A DNA stretch of 64,000 bases. It comes from Ophelia neglecta (Eukaryota). Positions 38,601-53,600 of the stretch are shown here, piece after piece. Each line of letters opens with the position of its first letter. Positions within the stretch are counted from its first letter, which is position 1. A program made the position numbers and the translations under genes. The stretch spans positions 71,796,001 to 71,860,000 of the forward strand of contig OZ260661.1 of the NCBI GenBank assembly GCA_965285935.1, given 5' to 3'. The notes below the pieces were generated by a model. It saw nothing but the letters and a program-made list of their open reading frames with translations, made no database searches and was not told the origin of the DNA.

Positions 38601-41600
38601 TAGCTCAAAACACAAAACTCATACGCAGGCATTGCGTGTGTTTTCTTCGACGTTTCCAACTAGTCGGTCGCAACACGAAACCGCCCAGTCCCTTGAGTGT
38701 AGTTTACAACGATTTCGTCTGCCAAACAAGCTAATCAGTCAGACCCAAGACAAAGTGAAACCGGTCCTGCAATCCATTCATGGCACCTCACAATCCAGCT
38801 AAAACAGTGCGTGATCTAATTTGATTTCTAGCCCAACTAGGCTCGCATTATTTGCCCAAATAATGTATTATTTATCGACAAAAGCGTTGTATTACACATT
38901 GTTTGATATTGGTTGGTGACGGTATCACCGTATGTATTATATCGAACTTCCGATTCTAAACTTTGTTTTGTTTGGGTTTTTTCTACTTGAAATAAAAATA
39001 GACGGGTTTAAAGTGTAAATTATTGCCAAAAGTACAATTCAATACTGCAAAAAAGGTGACATTGCACACTGAAACCACAACAAACCCCTCCCTCTAAAGG
39101 CAATCAGGCCTATGTCAGTAAAATGTTCGATGGTGACATATTCCCTGGGGCTGGTTTTAAACGCAGGATTTTTCTGCAGCAATCACATTCCTCACCGCTT
39201 ACGACACATTAAAATTACTAATTGATAAACATCAGATTGGAGTTTTGATATCGACCTATTTGGAATTTGTAAACCTAAAACATATTAAACTGTCGAGACT
39301 TAATTATCTCTGTTAGGCATTATCAAACAGTTTGAAAGATGCCAAGATCTGTAGAGCAAATTACGTTACTGCATATACGATATAGACCCAGTTGATTGCA
39401 TGATGGATCTACCAGTGATGTCATCTTTTTAGAGGGGTATTGGAGCCGGAACTGGCAGCTTCAATATTTTCATACAGTGCATGTATCATCCATCGGAACA
39501 TGTAAGTGTATAGGAAAAACTGGCAAACCAAATACTGCGAGGAGGCTAATCAACGTCGGGAGGTAAAACATAAAGATATACATTTCATAATACCATCTTG
39601 TTTAAGTTTATGTTTTTGTGTCTACAGAGCGCCTCTTGTTCCCCTTGTGAGTGTTGACTTTTGAAACAGAGATTTCTAAACCGATGTACCTTGGGTTGGG
39701 CAGAAATGTGTACCAAACATATTTGTTTTGTATCCTTTTCCATCTCACGGTTTACTTATCCAAACACACGCGTACTACCTGATGACATCCGATATAAACT
39801 TAAGAATCAGCAGATGGCTATGACCATAAGGTCTGCCACTTGTCAAATATTTATCTAGACCCTCTAATCTACAGCATACATGATCGTTCTACAGGTAGCA
39901 TTGAAATATCTCCAGATTAAACTCTGGTATTATTTTGTATATTTGTACATTAAGGATCAGGTTATTTGATTCCCACTCCGTGTGCGTGAATATCAGAAAG
40001 TCGTATTTCTGAATCATGCTGAATGTAATTCTTTCAGGTCTGAGGTCAGTCCTTGTACAGATACTTCATGCAACGGCGGTGTCCTCGACCAATAAACACA
40101 CTACCAAACGCTGGCACGAAATGATTCTTCGTATATTTCCATGTTACCTATTAGCCGCAAAATAAACGAGTTTACATTTCCTTCATCGGGGCCATCAGAC
40201 ATCTGGCACGACCGATGAATCTTTGATCTGACGTGCCAGCTTCAGAAGGTCAGTGGTGTCTAATGGCTTGCCGGGGTAGGTTCTGCTAGAAATATATGTA
40301 TTCGTCCGATAAGCCACGAGGCTCAAGTGTGTGAGCGTTAAGAAAACGAGAAGCCTTGTGGTAGGCACACATGTTCATATTATTTTTGACAAACAAAACT
40401 ATAATTTAATCTATCATCAGTGAACAGTTGGTGATGAGTCGTTCCCATGACATTAATGAATGAAGGTCTTTCCATTTACGGAGCAAACGACCATAGGAAA
40501 CCCTGAAATCAGTGGAGGTCGACCGGGCTAATATGTTCTCTTGATGTCCCTAAACGCCCATCAATTCTCTATTTACACCATGAAGGAATTTGATTAGACT
40601 AGGAAGATGACCACAAGCTCTTGGAGTAGGAGATTATCGAATTCCCCCACGTTAAGCCAATCCATTAGATTAAGCTCATCTTCGGATCAATAATGGTATC
40701 GATCGCTCGGCGACAATACACTGCCGCGCTTGAGAGAGCTAGAATGCTCTCGTGTCCTTGTAAACTCTGCCAGCATTCTATAGCAGGTCATAAAGCCTTG
40801 CAAGCTTGTTCAGAAAAAAAAAACACTTTTTATTGCCACTGCTCCTCACATTATATTTGCAGATCCCCTATGGACTATATGTAGCCTATTTAATAGTATA
40901 AGCTTGGTCTTATTTCCTATATGCTAGATGACTGAACTCAGTCACATGCAGGCCGGTAACGACGTGGATACGTTTCTGTGGGTGCCGTTTACCAGGGGAG
41001 GAGAAAGTACTGAACCGGAAGCTTTGGATTGCTTTACAGTCAGCACACCGGGTTACTGAGAGTCTTGTCCATTACGTCCAGCATGATCAGAAGTACCTAC
41101 GCTTTATCAGGAAAGCTTTCCTCAATAATACGGGAGGGAGATTGGGATGAAAAGGTTTTATTACTTAAACTGCAATGCATTACGCTTACCTGCCTTGGTA
41201 GCTCAGAAATCCCCTATTAATGCATAGATTTTTGATTTACTACATTGTCTGCACGAGACCAGTTCCACAGGTTCAGCGTACTTCCACCTCGGGAGGTGGC
41301 CATTAAACTGTTTCTTTCGACCCTCTGTCTCGGGGAATAGAGATTTATCATCTCCCACCTTCCCATGGACAAGTAGTTTAGGGACTACCCCTATTGTATG
41401 TCTCTCGTTAGTCTCCGGACCCGGGTTAGTACAATGACACTATGAAGACCTTGCATTCTGACCTGCAAGTGTAGACACTGCATGTCATCAGGATCAAACT
41501 GGGGATCCTGGCACTCTATCAAGCTGATATTCTTTGCTGTATCACGAGGGGGGGGGGGGGTCTCAAATCATTCAAAAAGTGCATCCCATTGGTATGCATT

Positions 41601-44600
41601 GCAGATCGACCTAGTGCATTCACTGAACAAATCCGCTTAGCTGGGTTGTATATGTCAGGATATTTCCCACACTAGCTGAATTATAAGAATATTTCAAGGA
41701 AAAGTAAATGACAGGTCACGTTGCCTTTGGTCATGGCTTTAATAGTAAGCCAATGGACTTGAGCATCAGAGGGAGAGAGCACCATACTCCCATCCTATAA
41801 AAGAGAGAGACGATGGGATAGAACACATTTTTGTACGTGTACGGAAAAATTGGACCCATTCTAATGCAAACAATCATTTCGAACTTAAGCACAACATGTC
41901 CGCCTAATAATGAAGTTATTATCTCGGTTACAACATTTTCCTTTTTTTCGGTTATCGGAAATGTACATTTAGACTAACCGACCTTTCTGCTAAAGACAAG
42001 CTCCCAAATCTAGCCCTTTAGTAATCCCATGTTTCTTTTATATAGTCGCAGGTGTAGGTGTCCACTTTGAAAGTGAATCTGTATATCAATGGAGTTTGCC
42101 CCCCCCCCCCCCCCGCGTCTTCAGATTTGCCTTTTCCGTCAACTGTAATATCACTTATCCCCAAAGAAGGCACACTTTCCTGCCTACCAAATTTATTGGA
42201 TTTTTGCTTGAAAAAGAAGCGATAAAAGCCATCCTCAGAAATCACGGGCTAAAAAAAAGAACGATGATGTATCGAGGGAATCAGTTGGACAGGAGATAAG
42301 AATAGTTTAGGAAGAAATCCAATCAGCGCCTTTGTGACAACATCGATTGAATCATATACAAGAAGGGGAAGCTGCTCCACCACGTTCCGTATGCGAGTCT
42401 CCAGTGCCTTGCCAGAAGAGCTGATGCAATTTGATCGCAAGTCACCCGGTTCAAAGAAGAGACTCGGGAGATCGGTTATAACTCAGGCGCTGAGAGAAAA
42501 TTGCCGTCAGGGAGATTGTGACTGAATTAGAAATGTCGGCAAGCGAACGAGGTCTTGTTAAATGCCTCGAACAAAACTGATATAGAACTAACAGGGTACT
42601 ATGAGTAAGGGGGTCTGATTTTAAATACTAGGGCTTATTTAAAATGAAAAAGTGGCTGAATTAAGAGGATGGAAATAAATAATAAAGGTTTTTCTCATTT
42701 CTCTCTTATCTTCTAAGAGCAATTTAGTGGCCGGTTATTCCTTATCTCTTGCTTAATTATTTACATGAGATGAAATAGGTCCATCTCTTGGCTCACACGT
42801 GCCGGTTTTGCATTTGTATTCATGTCAGCGGTGAATGTGTTTTTAATTGCTATGGCGCCGGTCAGTGCATTTTCTTGTTTGTGCACGTCTCAAACACAAA
42901 TAGTACGCCTTACATTCATTACGTATTTAACCCAAACAAGATTTTATAGAACTATAGACTAGGGCCCGTGTGCTAGAACAAAACTTGTCCAGATTTGCCC
43001 TTGAAAACAATTGTGTTGGAGTGGTGGTTAACCTTGTCTAAGACTAACGTCAACTTGAGAAATCAAAGATTTGAACTCGATAACACGTGTTTTAAATATA
43101 TGTAAGTGTATGAACTATGAAGTACCCAAAAATATGTTGTGCTAAATCAAAATCAGTGTTAGGCCATAAATGGCCGATAATGTGGCTGAGACAGACTATT
43201 CCATTCATTGACTCTACCAATGCCGACTATGTGTACATATAGCACATATAGGGAAATCTATTCATATATGGATCTGCACATATAGGGAAATCTACTGAAA
43301 CATTTTACACATATGAAATTTCCAACCAACTCCATTTATAACTATATACTTTCATCTCATTTACACATGCAGGTAACTGCTTTTTCGCGCTGAATAAAGT
43401 CCCCCCCCCCCCAATCACTAACCCCAACCCCCCACCCCCTCCAAAATAAAAAAACACCACCCACCCATCACTTAAGTCGAGATAGGTATATTTTCTAAAT
43501 GTTCATGTTACCAAATAGTAAGTAGTGGCCACATTATAGGAAAATATATTATATACATTCAACTTTTCTCCCGCTGAAACAATTGTCCTACCAACATTTG
43601 TTACCAGGATAATTGTCCGAGAACGAATAATCCAGGGAAGCCCTCCGGATATGCAGGCAACGCTTGGACCTTATCGAAAGTCCATATTTACTGGAAAATA
43701 ATTACATAAATAGACAAAATCTTACTTTATGCCCTGCAACAACCAATCGGTCTTTCATTATTACATATTACCAGCCTTCTGCTAACTGATTGACCTTATT
43801 TGTTGGTTAGGCATATCAATTCCTTCTTGTGCACGATGGTTGAGGACTTTAAAAGTTTCTATAGTTTTATCATTGTTTTTTTAAGATGGGCCTGCTATTC
43901 AGGTAATTCTCTAAGAGAAACCCTTGATTTCAAGCTTAAGGCGTGAAATCCTACCCTGATATATTATATACAAAGCGGGTTATTTAAACCAGCAACGTGT
44001 CCGCATAAGTTACATGAGCACGCTTATAAAGACTAGATTGTATTGTTGCTAATCGCGAGGATGGCCAATCGACCACTTCTAGGCTATCGGCCTTCATAAC
44101 TGAAATGTCGAGGTACCGGTAGTAAAAGACCATTTATCCGATATGCATATATGCAACCCGATAGTGTGTTCAGTCTGACATTACAATAGCATTCCTACCT
44201 GTACCTAGCTAGAAAGGTGGGTGTCTTCAACAGAGGTTCCCGAGTGGCTGAATTAACAGGTGCTTTAAAACAGATGTTCCCCAATATGTAGGGCGTGGGT
44301 GTCTTCAATAGAGGTTCCGAATGTGTGGAGAGTGGGTGCTTTAAAACAGAGGTTTCCGAATGTGTGGGGCGTGGGTGCTTTAACACAAATGTTCCCGAAT
44401 GTGTGGGGTGTGGGTGACTACAACAGAGGTTCCCGAATGTGTGGGGCGTGGGTGCTTTAAAACAGAGGTTTCCGAATGTGAGGGGCGTGGGTGCTTTAAA
44501 ACAGATGTTCCCGAATGTGTAGAGTGTGGGTGACTACAACAGAGGTTCCCGAATGTGTGGGGCGTGGGTGCTTTAAAACAGAGGTTTCCGAATGTGAGGG

Positions 44601-47600
44601 GCGTGGGTGCTTTAAAACAGATGTTCCTGAATGTGTGGGGTGTGGGTGACTACAACAGAGGTTCCCGAATGTGTGGGGCGTGGGTGCTTTAAAACAGAGG
44701 TTTCCGAATGTGTAGGGCGTGGGTGTCTTCAACAGAGGTTACCGAATTTGTGGTACGTGAGTGCCTCCAACTAGCCTCGCGTTCATTCTATTCTCTTCAG
44801 CTCCAACGTACGCCTAAATCTACTATTGTGCCTATTAATGGTTTAACATAATTACCAAAAGCCATGTAAACTATGAACAGTGAACATGTTGTTCTTTTTA
44901 GAGGAAGGGGGAGTTAAATATGCTGTGCAGTGGATAGTAGTAGTGTCCGATCTGCTTACTGTGTTTCTATTGCTTTTTTATTATAGGCCTTATGTTATTA
45001 ATGTAGTGGATCAATACGTAACATATTGACCTTATCAGCAGACTTCATGCAGCCCTATACTTAGAGAATTTCAATCAATAAATTCTAAAGCACCTATATT
45101 TATGACAACCAAATGTATGTTTCATTCTTGTGTAACGTTAAAACCCCAAGTGAAACGCATCACTAACATCACCGTTACCATCTCGCCAAGTTGCAAACTC
45201 GCCACTCTACATTTATAGATATGAAAGTGCAAATTAGTGAGAGTCATGGGCCTACTTTTTTGCAATTCACCGCAGCTTTACTTGAGAAAATCGTAATCAA
45301 CGTCCACTTAATTTGACATTTTGACGTCAACGTAAACAAATCGTGAGTTTGCCAATAAGTACCCATGAAGCAGACGATCCGTGCTAAACAGTTTCTTCTT
45401 TCGAAAAAAAACATGAGGTTCGATTTTACTGTTATTGAGAAGAGTCACGCATTTTAAGACAAACAAGAGAATATAGGGAAAAAACAGAGAGTTAATCGAC
45501 TATCGTATGCGTGTTTACGGGATGTAATCGATGGGACGAGTGGGAACCAGAATCTGTTTCCAAATCGAATCAGCGAGGCACGAGTTAATGACTTTTCGTT
45601 TAGTCTGTGTACACCAAGTCAATATGCAGGCAGAGGGGGCTAATTCAACCTACCTACCAATAAATACACTAACATCAATCATCCGTTGTCATCCCTCATT
45701 GAGAGAAATGACACTTGTTCAACATCTCGTCAATAACTGACGGTTCGAACAAATACAGTAAACATGACCTCATAAAAGGCAGTATTTCTCTTATTAGATT
45801 TGAGGTAAATCAGCGGACACAACTTTCTACTACCTAAATACGCCACTGGAAACGACATAAATCAAAATGTGCCGCTGGTCGTCTGTGTACAACTGCCTTA
45901 CTCCCTCAAACTCTCGGCTTATGTAACAATAAAGAGTTGATTTAACAATGTGTTATGTGATATTTTATAGTTCTTTGTCCTACAGCAATTTACTATCACG
46001 TTTCAGCCTTCGGTTTCAGAAAAAAAAAACATGGGTTGAATGAAACTTCATTAATATTCTGAGTGAAAAAGACTTAATGTGATTGGACTGGTAATCAGGA
46101 CAAAGAAAGATAGAAAGTCTGATAAGATTCAGGTAGCTGACAGGTCATAAATTGTCTCCGTGTTTTATTCGCATCCCGACTGTGTAATAATGACTCCAGT
46201 AAACACAGGGTACAGAAGAGATGGAAAAAAATTAGAGGCAGGTAAAGATTGCGATCATATTGTCAATTTGGAATGAGACTTAAAATCGGACATATGATTT
46301 TATCGGCAAGACTGTAGAATATAAAGACATTATCAAGTGGGAGATGCTCCCTCTGTGACATATCTAAGTTACATATCAAAGCGTGTTAATTAAATGTGTA
46401 ACTTTATACTCATTATAATTACAGGCCTAAAGGCGTGTAAAAACTTGTCTGATAAAACTCGTTATTAAAGATTTTGCCCTCAGCTCTAAACAATAAGAGT
46501 TCATGCAGTGAGCGTAACCCACATACATAATTATTGCATATAAATTGAAGATGGGTCTATAAGAATTTTATATAAACTTTTTTTTTGCCTTTTAGCGCAG
46601 AAACAATCTTCTGAATATGTTGTGGTTTGACAAACGTCTCCCTGGTGTTACTGGACTTTACATCACTAGAAAGCCCAGTATCGAGTTTGATATGTCGCAA
46701 TACAGTTTGCTGAATTGAGAGTGATTTGTTAATTGGTTAATAAATCATAATAATGGGCCAAGAGACAGGTGATAATGATATGCTATAGGCTACATACTTC
46801 ACTATAAACTTAAATGTTTGATTCTACATATAATATGGCTTGCTGAAGGGTGAGTTTATTTGATATACAAAAAATGAGAAACGTGGATGTTTTACGGGAA
46901 GTCCATATATATAGGCTACATGTATCCAAAGACATCAACAAATAGACTCCAGACATATGTCTATGCTAATTTCGAGGGCCTCACAGATACAAAGCGCTTC
47001 AGCTATATTCGCTGATCGCGACCCATTCCTCTGTCCAAGCGGTACGAGGTAAGACCCGTATTCAGCTTAGTGCGAAGTATAAATTGAATTAATAAGTTAC
47101 CAATTTGAATAATTGACTACGTACATCACAGAAATGTCCATCACTGCACGGTGGTGGCGGTGGTGTATAGTGATGGCGACGGGACGGATACAGAAGGGGG
47201 GGGATTGGGTGGAAATCATGGTGGTGCTGATCCGTGGGTGTCGTCTACAGATGGACGGAGGGAAGGTAACTGAAGGCGGGGGTCAGGGTTATGCTGCATT
47301 TGCGGATGGTGATGTTGATGGTGATGGTGATGGGGGGGGGGGGGGGAGGTGGTGGTGGTGCTGGAGGTCGATGTATAGGTTGATGGTCAAGGAATGGTGT
47401 TTGTGCTGGTGTTGGTAGTGTTGAGGATGTTTTGGGTAGTAATGCTCGGGGTGCTGGGGATGTGGGCTATGATCAGAGTAGTAGCAGAGGTGAATATGTG
47501 GATAAATATATGTTTACGACGTAAATTCTGTAAAAAAAAACATATTCTTCTTAAAATAGTATTCTACTGGAATTAGCCATTGTGGGATTGGAAAAAAATA

Positions 47601-50600
47601 CTTCTGACTAAAAAAATTGGAAAATTAAACTTGCACTCTACCTGACGATTGAAAATAAATCTTAATATCTTTTGGATGTTTCTCAGTGATGAAATGCGTG
47701 TATTGGCCGTCGCCGAGAGACGCGGGCGACGCAGGGACTTGCGCATGTACATCGGGTGATATCCGGGCATATTGGTTCCAGCTCAGCTAGTAAAGGCCAA
47801 GTGACTCTTGGAACACCGCAATAATTATAACCATGTTTCACCATCATCTATCACCGCCAACCATTATTTTACCTCCGTCTACCATTATTTTACCACCGCC
47901 TACCATTATTTTAACCGTCGCCTATCACCGCCTAGCATTCTTAAACACCGTCTACCACTTATCACCATGATGCTTTTCCGCTACTGCCTATTTTTAGTAG
48001 CACCTACCAACGCCTACCATTTTTTTATCATAGCCTGCCATCGCCTGCCATTGTTTACCACCGCCTACCGTTTTACCATTGCCTTCCAATTTAGCGATGG
48101 TGCAAGTGCCAGTTGTCGGTATTACCAAGCTGAGCTAAATAGTCTCTATTTTACATATCTTCGGGGAAGGTATATGCAAATCATTTATACCAGTATTTTG
48201 AAGTATCCCTATTGCCATGCATGGTTGAAAACGGAGACATATCTTTGACATAGCTAGATTGATTAATACTGTAATACCTTACCGCTCATCATTAAAATAC
48301 ACCATCTTTCTTATAATATACATTAGAAACGACCCATCCCACTAGGGTTCAGTTTGTGTTTTGTCCGATTTTAATTTAAATTTCTGCCCCAATAATAAAA
48401 CCCAGCGGGTCTTGATTTAACCCATCTTCACAGAGTCTGCAGGCCCATTGTCGGCTGCCTTTCACCTGTTCGGAGCTGACAGCCCCTAACATCGCCCGCT
48501 GAGGCTGCTTTGTCCACACTGCTGTTATCCGTGTTAAATATTCTATTGGAGAAAAACCTATGTGGTAAAAAATAATCATCTTCAATGCATTCAGCAAACA
48601 ACTATAGTACTTGAAATGATTGTTTCTTTCGTGTACCCTCTTCGAGATATTAGTACTTTCAATTTATCACATTGACCTTACAAAAGTATACACTGTGACG
48701 TAGTCTCAAAAAGAAAAAAAAACGAGTCCTACAAATCGACGAATTATTAGTAACACTATGGGTGGCAGACTTGTCCTTGCATTCTGATCGTCCCACTTTG
48801 TGCCTACACTTAACCACGTTCGCTAGAGAAAGTACAGCCTAGTAAAAGCAGGCGTAGGCTACAGCAGGCCTATGGGCCAAACAATAGTGGAACCTTGTGT
48901 CTGTTTGTTTGCCAGTAATTCTGCTCTATTTTGCCAGGTGAAAACGCACTATTAAAAGATTAACGAGTAAAGCAAGCGTCCAACCAACGGAAATGATAGA
49001 CAAGCACATGCATGATGCATAGGATTCTTTTTTACCGTACATTAAATATCCACCAAACATGCTAGGATTCTGCCGCTAGCTGCTTCTGTCAATCGCCGCC
49101 CGTGAGCATGAAGTGAACTAGGGCTACTGTAATCCTTCTTTTTTCGGCATAGGTTTAATCTGATTCTTCTATCAAACGCTATCAAACTTCATATATATGC
49201 ATTATATGTATTATATATAAGTATAACAAGTATGGCGGCTTCATGACAGCTTTCATTAATTTGGTATGTATAAGCCTCGTCCCGCCAGCGTGACACTTCC
49301 AAGGGGGAGCTCCTTTACTCGTTCTTTGATCGACAGAAGTGATAATATTCAGCCACAGGTATTTCGCCTTCAAATGAACATCGGAATACAAATAAGGTCG
49401 GATAAGTGTGTCTAATTACGGGATGTTCTCCAGTGTGGTGTTGCCTGTATAAATGGCTTGTTGAGGCCAGCTGAGGAGGCCTCTGTGGTGATAATTAGCC
49501 CACTATTATCATACCTGTCCAGTGCCCATCACTGTAAGAGCCTGGCTGTCTGTTCAGATTGAAAAGATTGCCACCAGCCGTCATCGGCATACCCATGGGT
49601 GGGAAAAAACGGCAAATTCTTCAAATACCTTGACACATTGACTACTGTCGGCAATTTACTCACAATCGACAATGTCCAACATACGGTTCTGTCCTTACTT
49701 TGTTTACCTCGTAAACATTCGCAGTCTTAAACTACAATCAGGAAAATAAATTCATTTGCAATGAACTGACTCGTGACTTCAGCTGTTTAATGTGTCTTAC
49801 TTTAATCAGCTTAAACAATTATACGGTGAAAAGCTCTTTACTTCTGTCAACAAATTAGCTAACAGTCAAATGTTAACAAGGCCAAACTAAAAATCACCCA
49901 AGTTATCAGCAATACACATTAAATCGCAAATGATTACGAAATGTATTCAACAGTGAAACTGTGCTTTACAATAAAGTGTTTTATGGCCGCCCTGTACTCT
50001 GGTGGTTACAGTCTGCTATTGACAAGTGACGAGGAAAAGAACACTTCTCTTGACATTCCACTGGTCTGCTACTGTTGTAACCATTTTCTGAAATTTGATA
50101 ATCCGGTATGGATTGCTTATCATATAGACCTACTAGATAGGGCTGCTATATATATATATAGATATCGACAGGATTGAAGTACAACTTGTCATTTGCATCT
50201 GTTATTATTGGTACGTTATTATTGGTAGGGTTAGCGTAGCTAACAAGGGCTTGATAAATCCCCCATTCAGGGTAAAGTCAGTTAGGGTTGTCATTTATCT
50301 TGATAGGGCTAAACTCTATTGAAATTAAAAAGCTGTGAAATTTCCCGGAAGTTGACTTTTTCTTTTATCGCCATTGATGTTTTTCAAACCTACTTTTTTA
50401 AAGACTTCTAGTGTTGAATACATGTATGTATATCTTTTATCTCAGAATGGACGGCTTTCTTATTTTTCAATTATGACTGACATGTGTGACGAAAGAATTC
50501 ATTTAAAATATTTTTCCTCCAATTCGAAACTTTTGCCAAGGCAACATATTGGTAATCAAATATTGTGTCCATCATTACTGAAGACAGATGTATATGTAAA

Positions 50601-53600
50601 CATTTTTTTTAAAGTAATATGTCCCTTGAAATATTGTGGTTCATAAGCATGTAGGCTTACCAAAAAATCTTGGGGGAGGGGATTAGATAATAAATTGCCA
50701 TGGCAATCAAAGGCGAAGTATCGTATTACGTTAATGCTATGGGTGACTTTTTTCTCCAAATATGCCTACAGCATAGTTCGTTGTATTGAAAATAATGGCT
50801 GCATTGGTAATGACCTGCAGGTACCTGAAATTTGACGCTGACATAAAGTTCTATTGACAGAGTAATATAACTGAAAGAAAAGATTAGTCTGTCTTTTTTT
50901 CGGCCGCAAGGGTATTAAATTTCACGTGTAAGCCCAAAGATTATTTGAAAAGCTATTGTCAAGCAAGCCAAAAAATTAAACACTAAAAGTCATATAAATG
51001 AGATTTTTGTAAAAATAAAACCGGGTTGCTTTATGGGTCGTCATCTATATGACACGGTAGGTTTAGGTGCATGTGAATGTTTGTCCTGTCCCACATTACG
51101 AAAGAGCAATGTAGTGATAATACTTTTAGTCACAACCTTCAATGTTCTAAACGAATAAATAGGACAGGCCTACCACGCTCAGCATCTACAAGAGCCTGGC
51201 TCCGACTCCCTTGTATATGGACCTGTGTAGTCTATTTGTGGATTACTTACAAGGCGCAGGGGAGCGATCCATCTGGAGACTATTACCCTCAGCGGACCTG
51301 CGGTAACTTTGTCATCGGAAGACCTAAAAGCAAGAATGTCGTCAGGGAGCATAGGGTGACGACAGAGCCGCTCCGACAGGTATCAGCCAGACGACAACAT
51401 CCACCGGCTCCGGGAGGCTCACGCCCCCTATATAACACTATGTCACGATGAATTTAAACCAACGAACTAACTATCTCAACATGAAAATGATTATATTCGC
51501 TTCATATTGTCCGAGTTACACATTGTTTAGATACAAATTTTAAATGCAGGACGAAAGGAGAATTCAGTTTACCTTTTGGAGCAGAAATACAAAAGAATGA
51601 CCCGCTGGGCCGATCTTTTGTGTCAAGATGTGAATCTGTTCGTTAAATAATATTTTTGCACGAGTCATTGTTAAAATTCACGCTTATTAAAAACGAAAGA
51701 ACGGCCAAACTGGCTTAGTTATAACTGAAGTGATAAGATCAGTATGATTAAGTTGAAAGATATTCTGAAGAGGTAAAACCAGTCTTATTGAAATCTTCTG
51801 AAGTAGAAAATTACAATGAACCAAATAAAGCGTGTACCTAGCAATGTAGCGGGATTTATAATGAACACGAGAAGAAAAGAGAATCAGGGTAATTAGTGTC
51901 TAGCCTTAATAACCTGTTGTATACACATGGCTGCAGAATAATTGCGCAAAACCATACTGTAATACGATGGTCCATATACAGAAAGAAAAAATATAGAAAT
52001 ATTTATGATGTTGCAAAAATTGTTGCCAGCTGCCGAGCCTAGTAAAACAGCGTTGAAAAAAGGTGGAGGAATAGGCCACATCCAATCCTCTGGCCAGGTT
52101 TATAAGCCTGTATCGTCGAAGCCTATAGGCCTACAGAGCTGTACGGAAAACGGGGGAAAACATTTGTTATGTTAGGCTAAACCCGCGCGCACACTGGTAT
52201 GGAATTGTTTTGTTCTTGGTAATAGACCTAAAAGCGACACGAAGAGTGGATCGAATTTTCAGGTCTCCCATCGGACAATAAATGTGCTAAACCTCCCTAC
52301 AGCATCTCAGTAATAATTGAACACATGTTCATGATAATCACATAAAGGAATGAGATGGGGACTTCTCTTATGGCCGTGGTTCTGCACGCTAGCCGACTGC
52401 CAGGCTAGCTAATGTTGGCTGGTAATTATGATTTACAGAGTCATTCCATCTCCATTTAGTCAACGCTTAACACTATCAACCACTTCGGTTCATTACGTGA
52501 TATGGGACATGAGTTGTAAGCCTTTTGAAAGCTAAACAATTCTACAGCAAGCACTGTGATGGTGTCCCATTATCACCTAATTTGGGGCATTTCGAAATGT
52601 CCACTTTTAAAGTCGCTCTCCATTGTTTAATCGCTCTCCTATTGAGATGGTTGTGGTTGAAGCTGTATAGGCAACATGACAATATTTACAAACTGGAGGC
52701 ACTTTTAATTGAAATTTTAGCCGACCGTCATTAGGTTGGCTGAATCTGTCAATGGGGATAGTTAACCTATTTTGAATTCAGTTTGGTCTCGAGAGAATTG
52801 ATGTTACTCTATTGACCTGGGAAGTGGAGCCAGCGCCAAGCCAGGCTGGCCACATTTAAACCAGTTTGGCACTATTGTTTCTGCTTGATATAGTTTTAGG
52901 TCTATCGAGTGTTTCTTACTATGGGGAAGCCGTAAAATATCGATAAAATGGCAATTGGAAAAAGAATTTCAGTTAAACAGCAGACATCTAATTCTGAAAA
53001 CATATAATTGGTAATGAGGGTTTTTGGTATATTTATAACATAACCAAAAATATTTCGAATTTACCAAAGCCGCAAACCATTTGAATGTGATTACTTCATT
53101 TGGTTATATTTACCTTACACATTGTTTGTAAGTGCACAAATCCGGTTAAGTAACTAACGGCCATCTGCCTCTCAGATAAAAAATATATAGACTTAAAGCC
53201 TGGAAAATCAAATTAGTAAACCAATTACCATTTTCAAATATACGGTCGCTTCAAAAGCTGAGCACCTTGAAACGGTAAAATTCTCATCTGGAAAACCTCT
53301 TCCTGAGGTTAGCTGGCTAATAGACTGTGGTGAAGGGGACGATTATTCTGAGAAATCACAGGAAAATACCACGGCCCCCAAGCTTTCAATTTACCATTGG
53401 CAAAATCAGACACAGGCGCACTTTATCAAGCAAAAACTGTATACATGTATAAACAAACCGTGGGGTTAGAGACAGAAACGCTCTCTGACGCCAGGACGAG
53501 TTATGGTGCAAGGCAAAAGGCTTCTTTGACAAAAAGAGCACTGCCGAAGATGATAATGGTATTCTATTGAATCATTTCGACAACTGCCAACATTTTTCTT

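Noticed and set aside
44215-44770. Regular 38-39-bp repeats that could suggest a CRISPR array
   Set aside because: Units are head-to-tail with no unique spacers, there are no cas genes, and the context is a eukaryotic intron.
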